Shown: positions 1-9,354 of the stretch, piece by piece
Layout of the letters: every line of letters starts with the position of its first letter
Position numbering within the stretch: position 1 is the first letter of the stretch
Sequence record: SRR22947727_5142
Direction: 5' to 3' (one strand)
DNA length: 38,800 nt
Translations under genes and position numbers: made by a program
The notes under the pieces: generated by a model
The model's input: only the letters and a program-made list of their open reading frames with translations
Databases searched by the model: none
What the model was told of the DNA's origin: nothing

Positions 1-1
1 G

Positions 2-1936
2 CTGGAACAGGCCCGTGATGCCGCCGAAAATATCGTGTTCGAGTATCAAGACTTACCGGTTCATTTGGCACTGAAGGCCGGTGGCGAGCCTTTGCATGAA
101 GAGGCGCCAGATAATATTGCTTTTGATTGGGGTATGGGTGATCAAGCTGCCACCGAGGCGGTGTTTGAAACGGCGGCGCATCGCATCGCTTTGGATATTG
201 CGGATAATCGGATTATCGTAGCCTCGATCGAGCCGCGCGGCTGTTTTGCCGAATGGGAAGAAGATCGTTTGCACGTTTCGGTCAATGGTCAAGGCGTTTG
301 GCCAACCAAATCGCGTTTGGCGAAAATGTTGAAGCTTTCCCCAGAGCGAGTGCGGGTGACGAACCCGGATGTGGGCGGCGGTTTTGGAATGAAAGGGATG
401 AATTATCCCGAAACCTTTGTTTGCGCGCATGCAGCGCGGGTGTTGCAGCGCCCGGTGCGCTGGATGTCAGAGCGTACCGAGGCAATGCTGAGCGATAATG
501 CCGGGCGCGACCTGACATCCTTGGCGGAATTGGCGTTCGATGAAAATCACAAAATGCTCGCCTATCGGGTGACCTCTAAGTGCAATTTAGGCGCCTATAA
601 TTCGCAATATGCACAGCCCATTCAAACCGAGTTATTCGCAAAGGTTTTAATGGGCACATATGATGTGCAGACCACCTGGCTGGCGGTGAAAGGCGTATTC
701 ACCAATACCACGCAAGTTGACGCCTATCGCGGCGCTGGGCGTCCCGAAGCGATCTTTGTGCTAGAGCGGTTGATGGATCATGCGGCGCGCGAGTTAAACG
801 TGGATCCGTTAGCGTTGCGCCGAAAGAATTTTATCGCGCCTGACGCTTTTCCTTATCGCTCTGCTACAGGCGAGGTTTATGATGTTGGACAATTTTCCAA
901 AGTTTTATCGCATGCAGAGGCGTCAGCAGATATGAATGGCTTTGTGAATCGCAAGCAAAAAAGCGCCATGGCGGGCAAATTGCGCGGGTTGGGCTTATGT
1001 TATTATATAGAAAGCATTTTGGGCGATAAAGATGAAAGCGCCAAGGTGATTTTTAAGGATGACGGGATGGTGGATATTCTGGTTGGAACGCAATCCAACG
1101 GGCAGGGTCACGAAACCGTTTTTGCGCAGTTTTTATCGGATCAAACCGGAATACCGGCGGATCATATCCGGGTTGTTCAAGGCGATAGCGATCTGATTGC
1201 CCGCGGCGGCGGGACGGGTGGATCGCGTTCGGGCACGGTGCAAGCCAATGCAACGTTGCAAACCGTTGCGGTTATGCAGAAGGCGTTTCGGGCGTTTTTA
1301 TCTGATAAGCTGGACGTGGATGCGGATCAGATTGTGTTTGATGATGAGCGCTTTCGCGCGCCGGGTTCGAATCTGTCTCCCACATTTTTGGAAGTTGCGG
1401 ATATGGCGCGCGCTGCGGGCCGCGAGGATCTGATGCAGCACTCGGCTTATGCGGTGCTGGACAGCCGATCGTTTCCAAATGGCGCGCATATTTGCGAAGT
1501 TGAAATTGACCCCGATACGGGCGCGGTAGAGGTGGCGCGGTATTCTGTGGTGGATGATTTTGGAAATCTTTTGAACCCAATGCTGGTGGAAGGTCAGGTA
1601 CATGGCGGCGTTGCCCAAGGCATTGGCCAAGCGATAAGCGAACATGTGGTTTATGATGATCAAGGGCAATTGTTGAGCGCGAGCTTTATGGATTATGCGG
1701 TGCCGCGCGCCAAAGATGTTCCATTCTACCAGTTTGAAACCGAGCCCCTGCCAACAACCACCAATGTGATGGGGATGAAAGGGTGCGGAGAAGCTGGTAC
1801 CGTCGGCGCTTTGGCTGCTGTTTCTAACGCTGTGCATGACGCTCTGTCATGCCGCGGGGTCAGGCAACTTGATATGCCCTTCACGCCGCTGCGGGTTTGG
1901 GAGGCTTTAAATCAGGCAGATGTCGCGGCTGAGTAA
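2..1936 (+). CDS. Xanthine dehydrogenase/CoxL-CutL family molybdopterin-binding large subunit (5' truncated by window edge)
   Basis: Frame is open from position 2. Motifs DVGGGFG, AYRGAGRPE, GQGHET, EGQVHGGVAQG and KGCGEAG are present. AYRGAGR is the form II/CutL-like signature, not the form I CO dehydrogenase AYxCSFR. Confidence 0.93.
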   Translation: MEQARDAAENIVFEYQDLPVHLALKAGGEPLHEEAPDNIAFDWGMGDQAATEAVFETAAHRIALDIADNRIIVASIEPRGCFAEWEEDRLHVSVNGQGVWPTKSRLAKMLKLSPERVRVTNPDVGGGFGMKGMNYPETFVCAHAARVLQRPVRWMSERTEAMLSDNAGRDLTSLAELAFDENHKMLAYRVTSKCNLGAYNSQYAQPIQTELFAKVLMGTYDVQTTWLAVKGVFTNTTQVDAYRGAGRPEAIFVLERLMDHAARELNVDPLALRRKNFIAPDAFPYRSATGEVYDVGQFSKVLSHAEASADMNGFVNRKQKSAMAGKLRGLGLCYYIESILGDKDESAKVIFKDDGMVDILVGTQSNGQGHETVFAQFLSDQTGIPADHIRVVQGDSDLIARGGGTGGSRSGTVQANATLQTVAVMQKAFRAFLSDKLDVDADQIVFDDERFRAPGSNLSPTFLEVADMARAAGREDLMQHSAYAVLDSRSFPNGAHICEVEIDPDTGAVEVARYSVVDDFGNLLNPMLVEGQVHGGVAQGIGQAISEHVVYDDQGQLLSASFMDYAVPRAKDVPFYQFETEPLPTTTNVMGMKGCGEAGTVGALAAVSNAVHDALSCRGVRQLDMPFTPLRVWEALNQADVAAE

Positions 1937-2933
1937 CGCAAACCGATTTCTGCAATGGCTTTTTCCCCGTCCAAAGGTGGAGGAGGCGCCCCAAAGGCAG
2001 AGGCTGGCGCAAGATCATGTGCTAATTTTAGACGGTACGATGTCTTCCAACGCGCCCGGTTATGAAACCAATGCGGCTTTGCTGCACCGATTGCTGAAAG
2101 AACAAACGCCGAAGGTTAAAGTGTATTATCGGCCTGGGCAGCAATGGTTCGATCTGCGCTCTGGCTGGGATGTTTTGGTCGGCGGCAATATGAATACCCA
2201 GATCCGCCGCGCATATGGCGCCTTGGCAATGCGGTTCCGGTCTACGGATAGAATATATCTTTTTGGATATTCCCGAGGGGCGTATGCGGTGCGCTCTTTA
2301 TCTGGAATGATCAATCATGTAGGGCTGTTAAAGCGCGAATATGCGACGCCGCGCCACATACAGCAAGCATGGCGCCTTTATCAAAAAAATATATCTGGTG
2401 CCGTCTTGGACGAATTTCGCGCGGCCTACTGCCATAGTGTGATTAAGATTGAAATGATTGGTGTCTGGGACACGGTGCGCGCGCTGGGCTTGCCGATTAT
2501 CTCGCGCTGGAGGCAGGCCCGGTATGGTTTTCACAATCACGCGCTGAGCCCGGTGGTGAAGGCAGGATATCAAGCTTTGGCGCTTAATGAGGCGCGCATT
2601 GCGTTTGCTCCGGTTAAATGGGAATGCTCAGCGCAGCCGGGCACCCGGGTTCAGCAGGTTTGGTTCCGTGGCAATCATGGTGATGTTGGGGGCCATCTGG
2701 GAGGCTTTTTTGCGGCCCGTCGACTGTCAAATATTCCTTTGATCTGGATGCTTGAACGCGCAGAAAACCACGGTTTGGTTTTGCCGAAGGCTTGGCGGCA
2801 GGGTTATCCGATAGATCCCAAAGCCCCCTCAACGGGCCCGTGGCGCGGGATTGGAAAACTATTCTTTCTGCGCCGAAAGCGGCGCGTTGATCTGAGCTGT
2901 TGCGAATCGATACATCCATCAGCAAAGCCATGA
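1920..2933 (+). CDS. DUF2235 (Tle1-like) alpha/beta hydrolase
   Basis: Motifs LILDGT, LFGYSRGAY (nucleophile elbow), IGVWDTV, QALALNE and QVWFRGNHGDVGG. Overlaps the upstream gene by 17 nt. Confidence 0.85.
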   Translation: MSRLSNANRFLQWLFPRPKVEEAPQRQRLAQDHVLILDGTMSSNAPGYETNAALLHRLLKEQTPKVKVYYRPGQQWFDLRSGWDVLVGGNMNTQIRRAYGALAMRFRSTDRIYLFGYSRGAYAVRSLSGMINHVGLLKREYATPRHIQQAWRLYQKNISGAVLDEFRAAYCHSVIKIEMIGVWDTVRALGLPIISRWRQARYGFHNHALSPVVKAGYQALALNEARIAFAPVKWECSAQPGTRVQQVWFRGNHGDVGGHLGGFFAARRLSNIPLIWMLERAENHGLVLPKAWRQGYPIDPKAPSTGPWRGIGKLFFLRRKRRVDLSCCESIHPSAKP

Positions 2934-3032
2934 CTGGTTTTTTGGCGCGAAGATGAGACGAGCTAGCCCTAAATTCCAGTTGAACCGCGCCTTTTTTGAT
3001 GAATATTTTGCAAGGGGACCCTAGGTATAGAT

Positions 3033-3740
3033 ATGCAAAGTTTATCCGAATCTTTTTATATTGCGGCCGCTTTGATTGTTTCAGGCGATGAGGGTCTTTG
3101 GGCGATCGTATTGCTTTCGTTAAAAGTATCGCTGAGCGCGGTGATCATCGCGGGGGTGTTTGGTATACCGGCCGGTGCGGCATTGGCGATATTACGATTT
3201 CGCGGGCGGCTTGCTGTTTTGGTGGGGGTAAATGCTTTGATGGGTTTGCCGCCGGTCGTTGTGGGCTTGGTGGTTTATTTAATGCTCTCTAGCGCCGGCC
3301 CGTTGGGCGTGTTGGGGCTGCTTTACACCCCAAGCGCGATGATTATCGCCCAGACAATATTGATAACGCCGATTTTAATCGCCCTGAGCCGGCAAGTGGT
3401 TGAGCCGCTCCATGAAGAATATCGGGATCAACTGACCTCTTTGGGTGTGCGCGCGAGCCGCCGCGTTGCAGTGCTGCTTTGGGAGGCGCGGTTTGGGTTA
3501 TTGACTGCCGTCTTGGCTGGGTTTGGCCGCGCGATCGCAGAAGTTGGAGCGGTGATGATCGTTGGCGGGAATATTAACCATCTGACGCGGGTTATGACCA
3601 CGGCGATCGCTTTGGAAACCTCGAAGGGCAACCTGAGCTTGGCCTTGGCTTTGGGTCTTATTTTGGTTGGCTTGGCGGTGGCTGTAAATGGGTTGCTGGG
3701 ATTTTTAGGTTGGCAACGCCGCGAGGCTTTCCATGTCTGA
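3033..3740 (+). CDS. tupB: Tungstate ABC transporter permease
   Basis: Hydrophobic protein with motifs NALMGLPPVVVGL, GFGRAIAEVGAVMIVGGNI and TRVMTTAIALETSKG, typical of TupB. Confidence 0.88.
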   Translation: MQSLSESFYIAAALIVSGDEGLWAIVLLSLKVSLSAVIIAGVFGIPAGAALAILRFRGRLAVLVGVNALMGLPPVVVGLVVYLMLSSAGPLGVLGLLYTPSAMIIAQTILITPILIALSRQVVEPLHEEYRDQLTSLGVRASRRVAVLLWEARFGLLTAVLAGFGRAIAEVGAVMIVGGNINHLTRVMTTAIALETSKGNLSLALALGLILVGLAVAVNGLLGFLGWQRREAFHV

Positions 3741-4458
3741 CATGCATGTTCAAATTGACCAGCTAAGGCTTTCAATCGGGGGTGTCATCCGCCTAAATAT
3801 TCCATTCCTACGTTTGGATCCGCAGGGTCCAACGATGATTCTGGGGCCAAATGGGGCGGGTAAAAGCCTTTTATTGCGGGTTCTTCATGCTTTGCAAACG
3901 CCCGATACGGGCTCTGTGCAGGTGCGGCATATCTCAGGAGAAGCGGCCAGGCAGGCGATGGTATTCCAAAGGCCCGTTCTGCTGCGCCGGTCGGTGCGTG
4001 CGAATTTGCTTTTCGCTCTATCTGCGTCGGGATATGCGCGTCAAACCCGAGCAGAATTGGCAGAAAAATGGATGCATCAGGGGAAATTGGCGCATTTGGT
4101 AGATCAACCCGCGCGGCGGCTTTCCGGCGGTGAGCAGCAACGTCTATCATTGGTGCGGGCGCTGTGTTGCAACCCAGAGATTTTGTTTCTGGATGAACCC
4201 TGTGCGCATCTTGACGTAAATGCCGCGCAAGATGTCGAGGCTTTGATAAAAAGCGCAATAGAAGCTGGTATTAAGGTGGTGATGATTACTCATGATCGGG
4301 CACAGGCGCGCCGCTTTGGTGGCGAGATTTTGTTAATGGAGGGCGGGCAGGTGAAAGCGCAAGAGGGAGCAGCATTATTTTTTGGCCCGTCTCAAAACCC
4401 GTGGACGCAAGCGTTTTTGCAAGGGTATGAAATTTCGGATGCCGAGGCAGAAACCTAA
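3733..4458 (+). CDS. tupC: Tungstate ABC transporter ATP-binding protein
   Basis: Walker A GPNGAGKS, MVFQRP Q-loop, LSGGEQQR signature, Walker B LFLDE and ITHD switch. Overlaps tupB and abuts tupA. Confidence 0.85.
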   Translation: MSDMHVQIDQLRLSIGGVIRLNIPFLRLDPQGPTMILGPNGAGKSLLLRVLHALQTPDTGSVQVRHISGEAARQAMVFQRPVLLRRSVRANLLFALSASGYARQTRAELAEKWMHQGKLAHLVDQPARRLSGGEQQRLSLVRALCCNPEILFLDEPCAHLDVNAAQDVEALIKSAIEAGIKVVMITHDRAQARRFGGEILLMEGGQVKAQEGAALFFGPSQNPWTQAFLQGYEISDAEAET

Positions 4459-5273
4459 TGAAAAATCGTGTTTTAACGGCTTTAGCCTTGCTTTGGTTCA
4501 GCGTTACCGCGCCAGTTCAAGCCGCAGACGCGATTTTCATCCAATCCACCACATCGACACAAAATTCAGGATTGTTAGACGCGCTTTTACCTATTTTCAC
4601 CCAAGATACCGGCATCGCTGTCCGGGTGGTTGCTGTGGGCACGGGGCAGGCCATTAAGAATGCCAAGAACGGCGACGGCGATGTGCTTTTGGTGCATTCT
4701 AAAGACGATGAAGAGGTCTTTGTCAAAGCGGGCTGGGGGCTTGAACGCTTGGATGTGATGTATAATGATTTTGTCATTATTGGCCCCCGGCTGGATCCTG
4801 CCGGTATTCGCGCCAGCGCCGATGTGACCGTTGCCCTGCAAAAGATTGCGGCCTTGCAGGTGCCTTTTCTGTCGCGGGGAGATGATAGTGGCACGCATAA
4901 AGCTGAAAAAAAGCTTTGGACAGCAACGGGCATTGATGTGGCCGCAGCCTCGGGCAGTTGGTATCGCGAGGCCGGATTGGGAATGGGTGCCACATTGATG
5001 ATGTCAACCGCCATGAATGCCTATACATTGAGCGACCGCGCCACATGGATTAGCTTTGCGCGCAAGGGCAATCAGGATGTTTTGTTTTCGGATGATTGGC
5101 GGTTGTTCAATCAATATGGGCTGATTGCGGTGAATCCAGCGCGGCATCCGCATGTCAACGCTCTAGGAGCTGAGCGATTTGTAGACTGGATCACCGGGCC
5201 AAAAGGGCAGGCGGAGATTGCGGCTTTTAAAATTGGCGGTGAGCAGTTGTTTTTTCCCAATGCCATGCGCTGA
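4458..5273 (+). CDS. tupA: Tungstate ABC transporter substrate-binding protein
   Basis: Signal peptide; STTSTQNSGLL (TTTS-like motif), VGTGQA, MYNDFVIIGP, SRGDDSGTH and YTLSDRATW. Confidence 0.9.
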   Translation: MKNRVLTALALLWFSVTAPVQAADAIFIQSTTSTQNSGLLDALLPIFTQDTGIAVRVVAVGTGQAIKNAKNGDGDVLLVHSKDDEEVFVKAGWGLERLDVMYNDFVIIGPRLDPAGIRASADVTVALQKIAALQVPFLSRGDDSGTHKAEKKLWTATGIDVAAASGSWYREAGLGMGATLMMSTAMNAYTLSDRATWISFARKGNQDVLFSDDWRLFNQYGLIAVNPARHPHVNALGAERFVDWITGPKGQAEIAAFKIGGEQLFFPNAMR

Positions 5274-5742
5274 TCGGCGCCCAAGCCAATTTTTGATCCT
5301 TATAGCCGCGCAGCGGTCTGCCTTGGTTTTAAACCCATTAGGTTTGGTAAAACTTTAAACGCTTGTAGAAGTTAAATCGACTCGAGCCACGCGCCTGCCC
5401 AAACTCAGCGCGGATGAGTGCTGTCCAAAACTGTTTTTTATCTGCTTGGTTTGAGGCGCGATTATCAGCGCGACCACGCCCAATTATTATTTAATTGGAG
5501 CGCCTTTTGCACTTAACACATCCGCTTGTACCATAAGACTGCTTGGTAGGGTTTGATTTTTCAAATGGGTTTGGCAGCGCAAAAGGCGGAGTTTTCCCAT
5601 CTTAAAGGTCACCTTCCGGCAAGCGAGTGACGCCAGTTTCGATTGCGTCCGTGTAAGGCCTTCGAGTGCATTATTTGCTGTATTGAGTGGAACCGATAAA
5701 GCCCTTAGGTCGGCCGAGCCGATGGCCTGCGATCGGGCGTGG

Positions 5743-5771
5743 ACCAGACGCGTTTGTGACGCGCGTCTGGT
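5743..5771. repeat. Perfect 10-bp inverted repeat (hairpin), possibly a terminator between convergent tupA and amidinotransferase
   Basis: ACCAGACGCG (5743-5752), 9-nt loop, CGCGTCTGGT (5762-5771). No clear U-tract follows. Confidence 0.5.
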
Positions 5772-5905
5772 AAACTTTAGGCATATTTTGCCGCATCTCA
5801 GTGCTGGGTAGCAATCGTGGCCGGGGCGTGTCGCCCCTCTATTGCGCAATATGGCACTGGTGCCCTGCGCGCTTTCTATAGTTGCTTTTTTTGCGCGGAT
5901 TTGGG

Positions 5906-7012
5906 TTATTGATGCGGAAAGTAATCCTCGCATTGGCCTTCGCGATACACATCTGCGGTGCAGCAATGCAAGCCGCCGCCAAACGCATATGCATCTCGCA
6001 ACTCAACCTCGATCACGTTCATGCCCAGCTTGTCCATTTGCTCAGCTTGATAGACCTCAGATTTTTCAACGCAGACGGTTTTTGGATCAAGGACCAAAAC
6101 ATTCATGCTGAGCCAGGTTGATGAATAGCAAAGCGGCGGGGGGCTGTTATGCGCCGGCTGTGCGGCATCCACAATCTCCCAGCCATTTTTTTCGAACAGG
6201 CCGCGTTGCTCTGCGGGCAAACGGCGTTGCGGATTGTTTAAAATCAGCCCTGGGCGCAAAGGGGTGAATGTGGCATCGATATGGATAGGGTAGGGATCGC
6301 CGGGGAAATTTACCGTATGCACGCGATGATCCGGAAAATGCCTGCGCAGCCATTCGATACCTTTTAAATTGGTGGTAAAGCCATGTTGAACAACGAGATC
6401 ACGGCCAAAGCGCAGAATGTCAGCTGCGTCAAAAAGCGGTTCTTCTTCTGTGGTGACAAAAAACTTCTCTTCCGCCCATTTGAGCCGTTTTTCAACTCCG
6501 ATTTTATCCGATAAATAATCGTGATGATAATCGGCATTGGTCAAACGGGGTTTTGGCGCCGCTTCATGGCGAAAATCGCTGTCTTCCTCCCAGTATTTTT
6601 GCATCAGCGGCCGGTAGCAGAGATATTCAAACCAGCGGCAGCGATACGACATTGTGGCTTCCAATATTTCAGAGCCAACCGTTAGTAAGACATCGCGTGG
6701 TGGCATACATCCAAATTGGCTTTCGGTGTGAAAATCCGGCGTGATTGCGGGCGCTGAGAAATCAATTGGGGTTGGGCGATCCACGCGAATACCGCGCGCT
6801 TGCAGCAGCGCGGCAAAATTATCAAGCAGCTCATTGGCGCGATCGATTGTTTCCTGCGGGCGGCGGCCCCATTGGCCGCGCATGTCACTGTCTTCGGGCA
6901 CTTTGGCATCTAGTGCGGGTTCTTCAGGGGGAATATGGCAATCATCGGCGCGACCAACGATTACATGTTTCAAAGGGTCCCATTCATTCCAGCTGTTTAC
7001 CACGGATGCCAT
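5906..7012 (-). CDS. Amidinotransferase (glycine amidinotransferase/CyrA/SxtG-like family)
   Basis: VNSWNEWDPLKHVIVG, PRDVL, AAPKP; catalytic triad motifs FDAAD, HIDATF and GGGLHC. ATG at 7012 preferred over GTG at 7024. Confidence 0.93.
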   Translation of the reverse strand: MASVVNSWNEWDPLKHVIVGRADDCHIPPEEPALDAKVPEDSDMRGQWGRRPQETIDRANELLDNFAALLQARGIRVDRPTPIDFSAPAITPDFHTESQFGCMPPRDVLLTVGSEILEATMSYRCRWFEYLCYRPLMQKYWEEDSDFRHEAAPKPRLTNADYHHDYLSDKIGVEKRLKWAEEKFFVTTEEEPLFDAADILRFGRDLVVQHGFTTNLKGIEWLRRHFPDHRVHTVNFPGDPYPIHIDATFTPLRPGLILNNPQRRLPAEQRGLFEKNGWEIVDAAQPAHNSPPPLCYSSTWLSMNVLVLDPKTVCVEKSEVYQAEQMDKLGMNVIEVELRDAYAFGGGLHCCTADVYREGQCEDYFPHQ

Positions 7013-7130
7013 TTTAAATCTCACTTTTTAAGACGGTTTTCTTCTGCGCTCAAAAAGCTTAGATTTTCCGCCGGTGCAATCAAAAAAACGCAGTTTTGGG
7101 GCTGGAGTTAAAAAATTATGCGCGTGCGCC

Positions 7131-7430
7131 TCAGGCCGGTAAGGCGCTTTCAAAATCAACCGCCAGCCGCAATTCGCGCAGGGGGCGCACTTTTGCGATT
7201 GAAGCTTGATAGATGGGGTGAGCTTTATACGCCGCCAAAGCGGCTTCATCTTTGAATTCCGCATACACGACCCAATCAACCCGATCTTGCGCGATCGGGT
7301 CGCTTCCGATATTGCGCGCCACTTCAAAGCGCAGCGCGTTTGGAATTTCGGCCAAAAGCTGCAACCCTTCGCCGATTGCATTAATATCATCGAGGTTTTT
7401 AGCGTTAAAAAATACGATATGTCGGATCAT
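7131..7430 (-). CDS. Dabb (stress-responsive alpha/beta barrel) family protein
   Basis: 99 aa; [27 protein letters not shown] and RLAVDF. ATGA overlap with the hisE stop. Confidence 0.85.
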   Translation of the reverse strand: MIRHIVFFNAKNLDDINAIGEGLQLLAEIPNALRFEVARNIGSDPIAQDRVDWVVYAEFKDEAALAAYKAHPIYQASIAKVRPLRELRLAVDFESALPA

Positions 7431-7738
7431 GTTTTGCGCGCCGCCTTCTCAGTAAGGCCGGATTGGGCCGTTCTTCGCTCAAGCTCTGCCATGACGTGTG
7501 ATAGGCTGATCTCGCGTGATTTCAGCAAAACGAGAAGATGATACATCACATCTGCCGCTTCGTTTATCAGGCCGTTGGAATCATTTTTAACCGCTTCGAT
7601 GATCAGTTCGACGGCTTCTTCGCCAAATTTTTCAGCGCATTTTTCCGCGCCCTTTTCCAGCAATTGCGCGGTCCAACTTTCGACGGCTGGCGCAGATGAG
7701 CGTTGCGCGATCAGATTTTCAAGCTGCTCCAACGTCAT
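7427..7738 (-). CDS. hisE: Phosphoribosyl-ATP pyrophosphatase
   Basis: [15 protein letters not shown] and [13 protein letters not shown]; his operon context. Confidence 0.95.
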   Translation of the reverse strand: MTLEQLENLIAQRSSAPAVESWTAQLLEKGAEKCAEKFGEEAVELIIEAVKNDSNGLINEAADVMYHLLVLLKSREISLSHVMAELERRTAQSGLTEKAARKT

Positions 7739-8499
7739 GTTTCTATCCTCATAGCTAGGCCCGCGGCTTCCATATGCGCTTTGGCCTCAGCGATTGTATA
7801 ATCGCCAAAATGAAAAATCGATGCGGCGAGCACGGCTGAGGCGCCCCCTAGACGTACACCATCCACCAGGTGATCTAGTGTTCCTACACCACCAGAGGCA
7901 ATCACGGGGATATCGACCGCCTCAGCGATCGCGCGGGTCATTTCAAGATTGAAACCGGCTTTCGTACCATCGCGATCCATAGAGGTGAGCAAGATCTCAC
8001 CGGCGCCCTTTTGGGCAATTTTAATGGCAAAGTCTACCGCATCCAGGCCAGTTGGTTTGCGCCCCCCATGGGTGAAAAGCTGCCATTGTCCAGGAGCTAC
8101 TGTTTTGGCATCGATCGCGCAGACGATACATTGGCTGCCAAATTGATCTGCTGCCGCGCTGATCACATTCGGATCGGCCACTGCGGCCGAGTTGAAGCTG
8201 ACTTTATCCGCCCCTGCGCGCAACAGAGCCCGCACATCCGCGGCGCTGCGCACGCCGCCACCCACGGTAAGGGGTATATAGCATTGCTCGGCTGTGCGCC
8301 GCACAACATCGAACATCGTGCCGCGGTTTTCATGCGTGGCATTGATGTCTAAAAAGCATAATTCATCTGCCCCCGCGTGATCATAAGCACGCGCGGCATC
8401 CACCGGATCACCCGCATCGCGTAAATCCACAAAATTGATCCCCTTGACCACGCGCCCATCGGCCACGTCTAAACACGGGATGATGCGGGTTTTAAGCAT
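7735..8499 (-). CDS. hisF: Imidazole glycerol phosphate synthase cyclase subunit
   Basis: [24 protein letters not shown] and LAASIFH. Confidence 0.98.
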   Translation of the reverse strand: MLKTRIIPCLDVADGRVVKGINFVDLRDAGDPVDAARAYDHAGADELCFLDINATHENRGTMFDVVRRTAEQCYIPLTVGGGVRSAADVRALLRAGADKVSFNSAAVADPNVISAAADQFGSQCIVCAIDAKTVAPGQWQLFTHGGRKPTGLDAVDFAIKIAQKGAGEILLTSMDRDGTKAGFNLEMTRAIAEAVDIPVIASGGVGTLDHLVDGVRLGGASAVLAASIFHFGDYTIAEAKAHMEAAGLAMRIET

Positions 8500-9214
8500 C
8501 TAACGCCTTCAGGGCAGCGCCGAGGTCAAGCGCTCCATCATAAAGCGCGCGCCCCGAAATAGCTCCGTCTAAAGCGGCTCCACAGCTTTTCAAGGCCAAT
8601 AAGTCGGCCAGCGAGGAAACTCCACCTGACGCGATCACCGGAATGGAAATCGCATCCGCCAAAGCCGCAGTGGCTTCAATATTTGGTCCCTTCATCGCGC
8701 CATCGCGGTTGATATCGGTGTAAATAATCGCAGCCACGCCATCTTGTTCAAACGATTTTGCCAGCTCGGTGACCTCTGTATCGGTCTCAACCGCCCATCC
8801 TTTGGTGGCCACCATGCCATTGCGGGCATCGATGCCAACGGCAATTTTATCTGGGAAAGCCAGGGCCGCTTGCCGGACAAGGGCGGGGTTCTCAACCGCG
8901 ACAGTGCCTAAAATCACCCGCGATAACCCCTTTTCGATCCAGTTCTCAATGGTCGCCATATCGCGGATACCACCGCCCAATTGAGCCGGCACGTTGCACT
9001 GCTTCAAAATGGCCTTAATGGGTTCGGCGTTGACGGGTTTTCCGGCAAAGGCACCGTTCAGATCAACCAAATGCAACCATCTGCACCCCGCGTCAACAAA
9101 GCTTCTGGCTTGGGCGGCCGGGTCTTCATTAAACACCGTGGTGGCGTTCATATCGCCTCGCAAAAGCCGCACGGCTGCGCCGTCTTTCAAGTCAATAGCA
9201 GGATACAGGATCAT
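8492..9214 (-). CDS. hisA: ProFAR isomerase
   Basis: [25 protein letters not shown] and YTDINRDG. Confidence 0.97.
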   Translation of the reverse strand: MILYPAIDLKDGAAVRLLRGDMNATTVFNEDPAAQARSFVDAGCRWLHLVDLNGAFAGKPVNAEPIKAILKQCNVPAQLGGGIRDMATIENWIEKGLSRVILGTVAVENPALVRQAALAFPDKIAVGIDARNGMVATKGWAVETDTEVTELAKSFEQDGVAAIIYTDINRDGAMKGPNIEATAALADAISIPVIASGGVSSLADLLALKSCGAALDGAISGRALYDGALDLGAALKALDA

Positions 9215-9354
9215 TCTTTTCTCAAAACCTTCTTAACGGGGGTGCATGTGCCATGTCAGAGCGCGAATTGCAATCAACGGATCGGCATCTCTTGCACCCG
9301 CCCTTGCAGCATGTCGCGGGGGCAATGGAAGCCTGTTCTCTTGCCCAAATGCCG

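Noticed and set aside
2..1936. True aerobic CO dehydrogenase large subunit (form I coxL)
   Set aside because: The active-site loop is AYRGAGR, not AYxCSFR, and no cox accessory genes follow.
5487..5966. 159-aa minus-strand ORF after the amidinotransferase
   Set aside because: It overlaps the amidinotransferase 3' end, has no recognisable motif or RBS, and has an atypical composition.
5906..7430. Cyanotoxin or aminoglycoside biosynthetic cluster, or a guanidine riboswitch
   Set aside because: No PKS/NRPS or tailoring genes are nearby, and I could not see paired ACGR-loop hairpins or a ykkC-like motif upstream (7013-7130).
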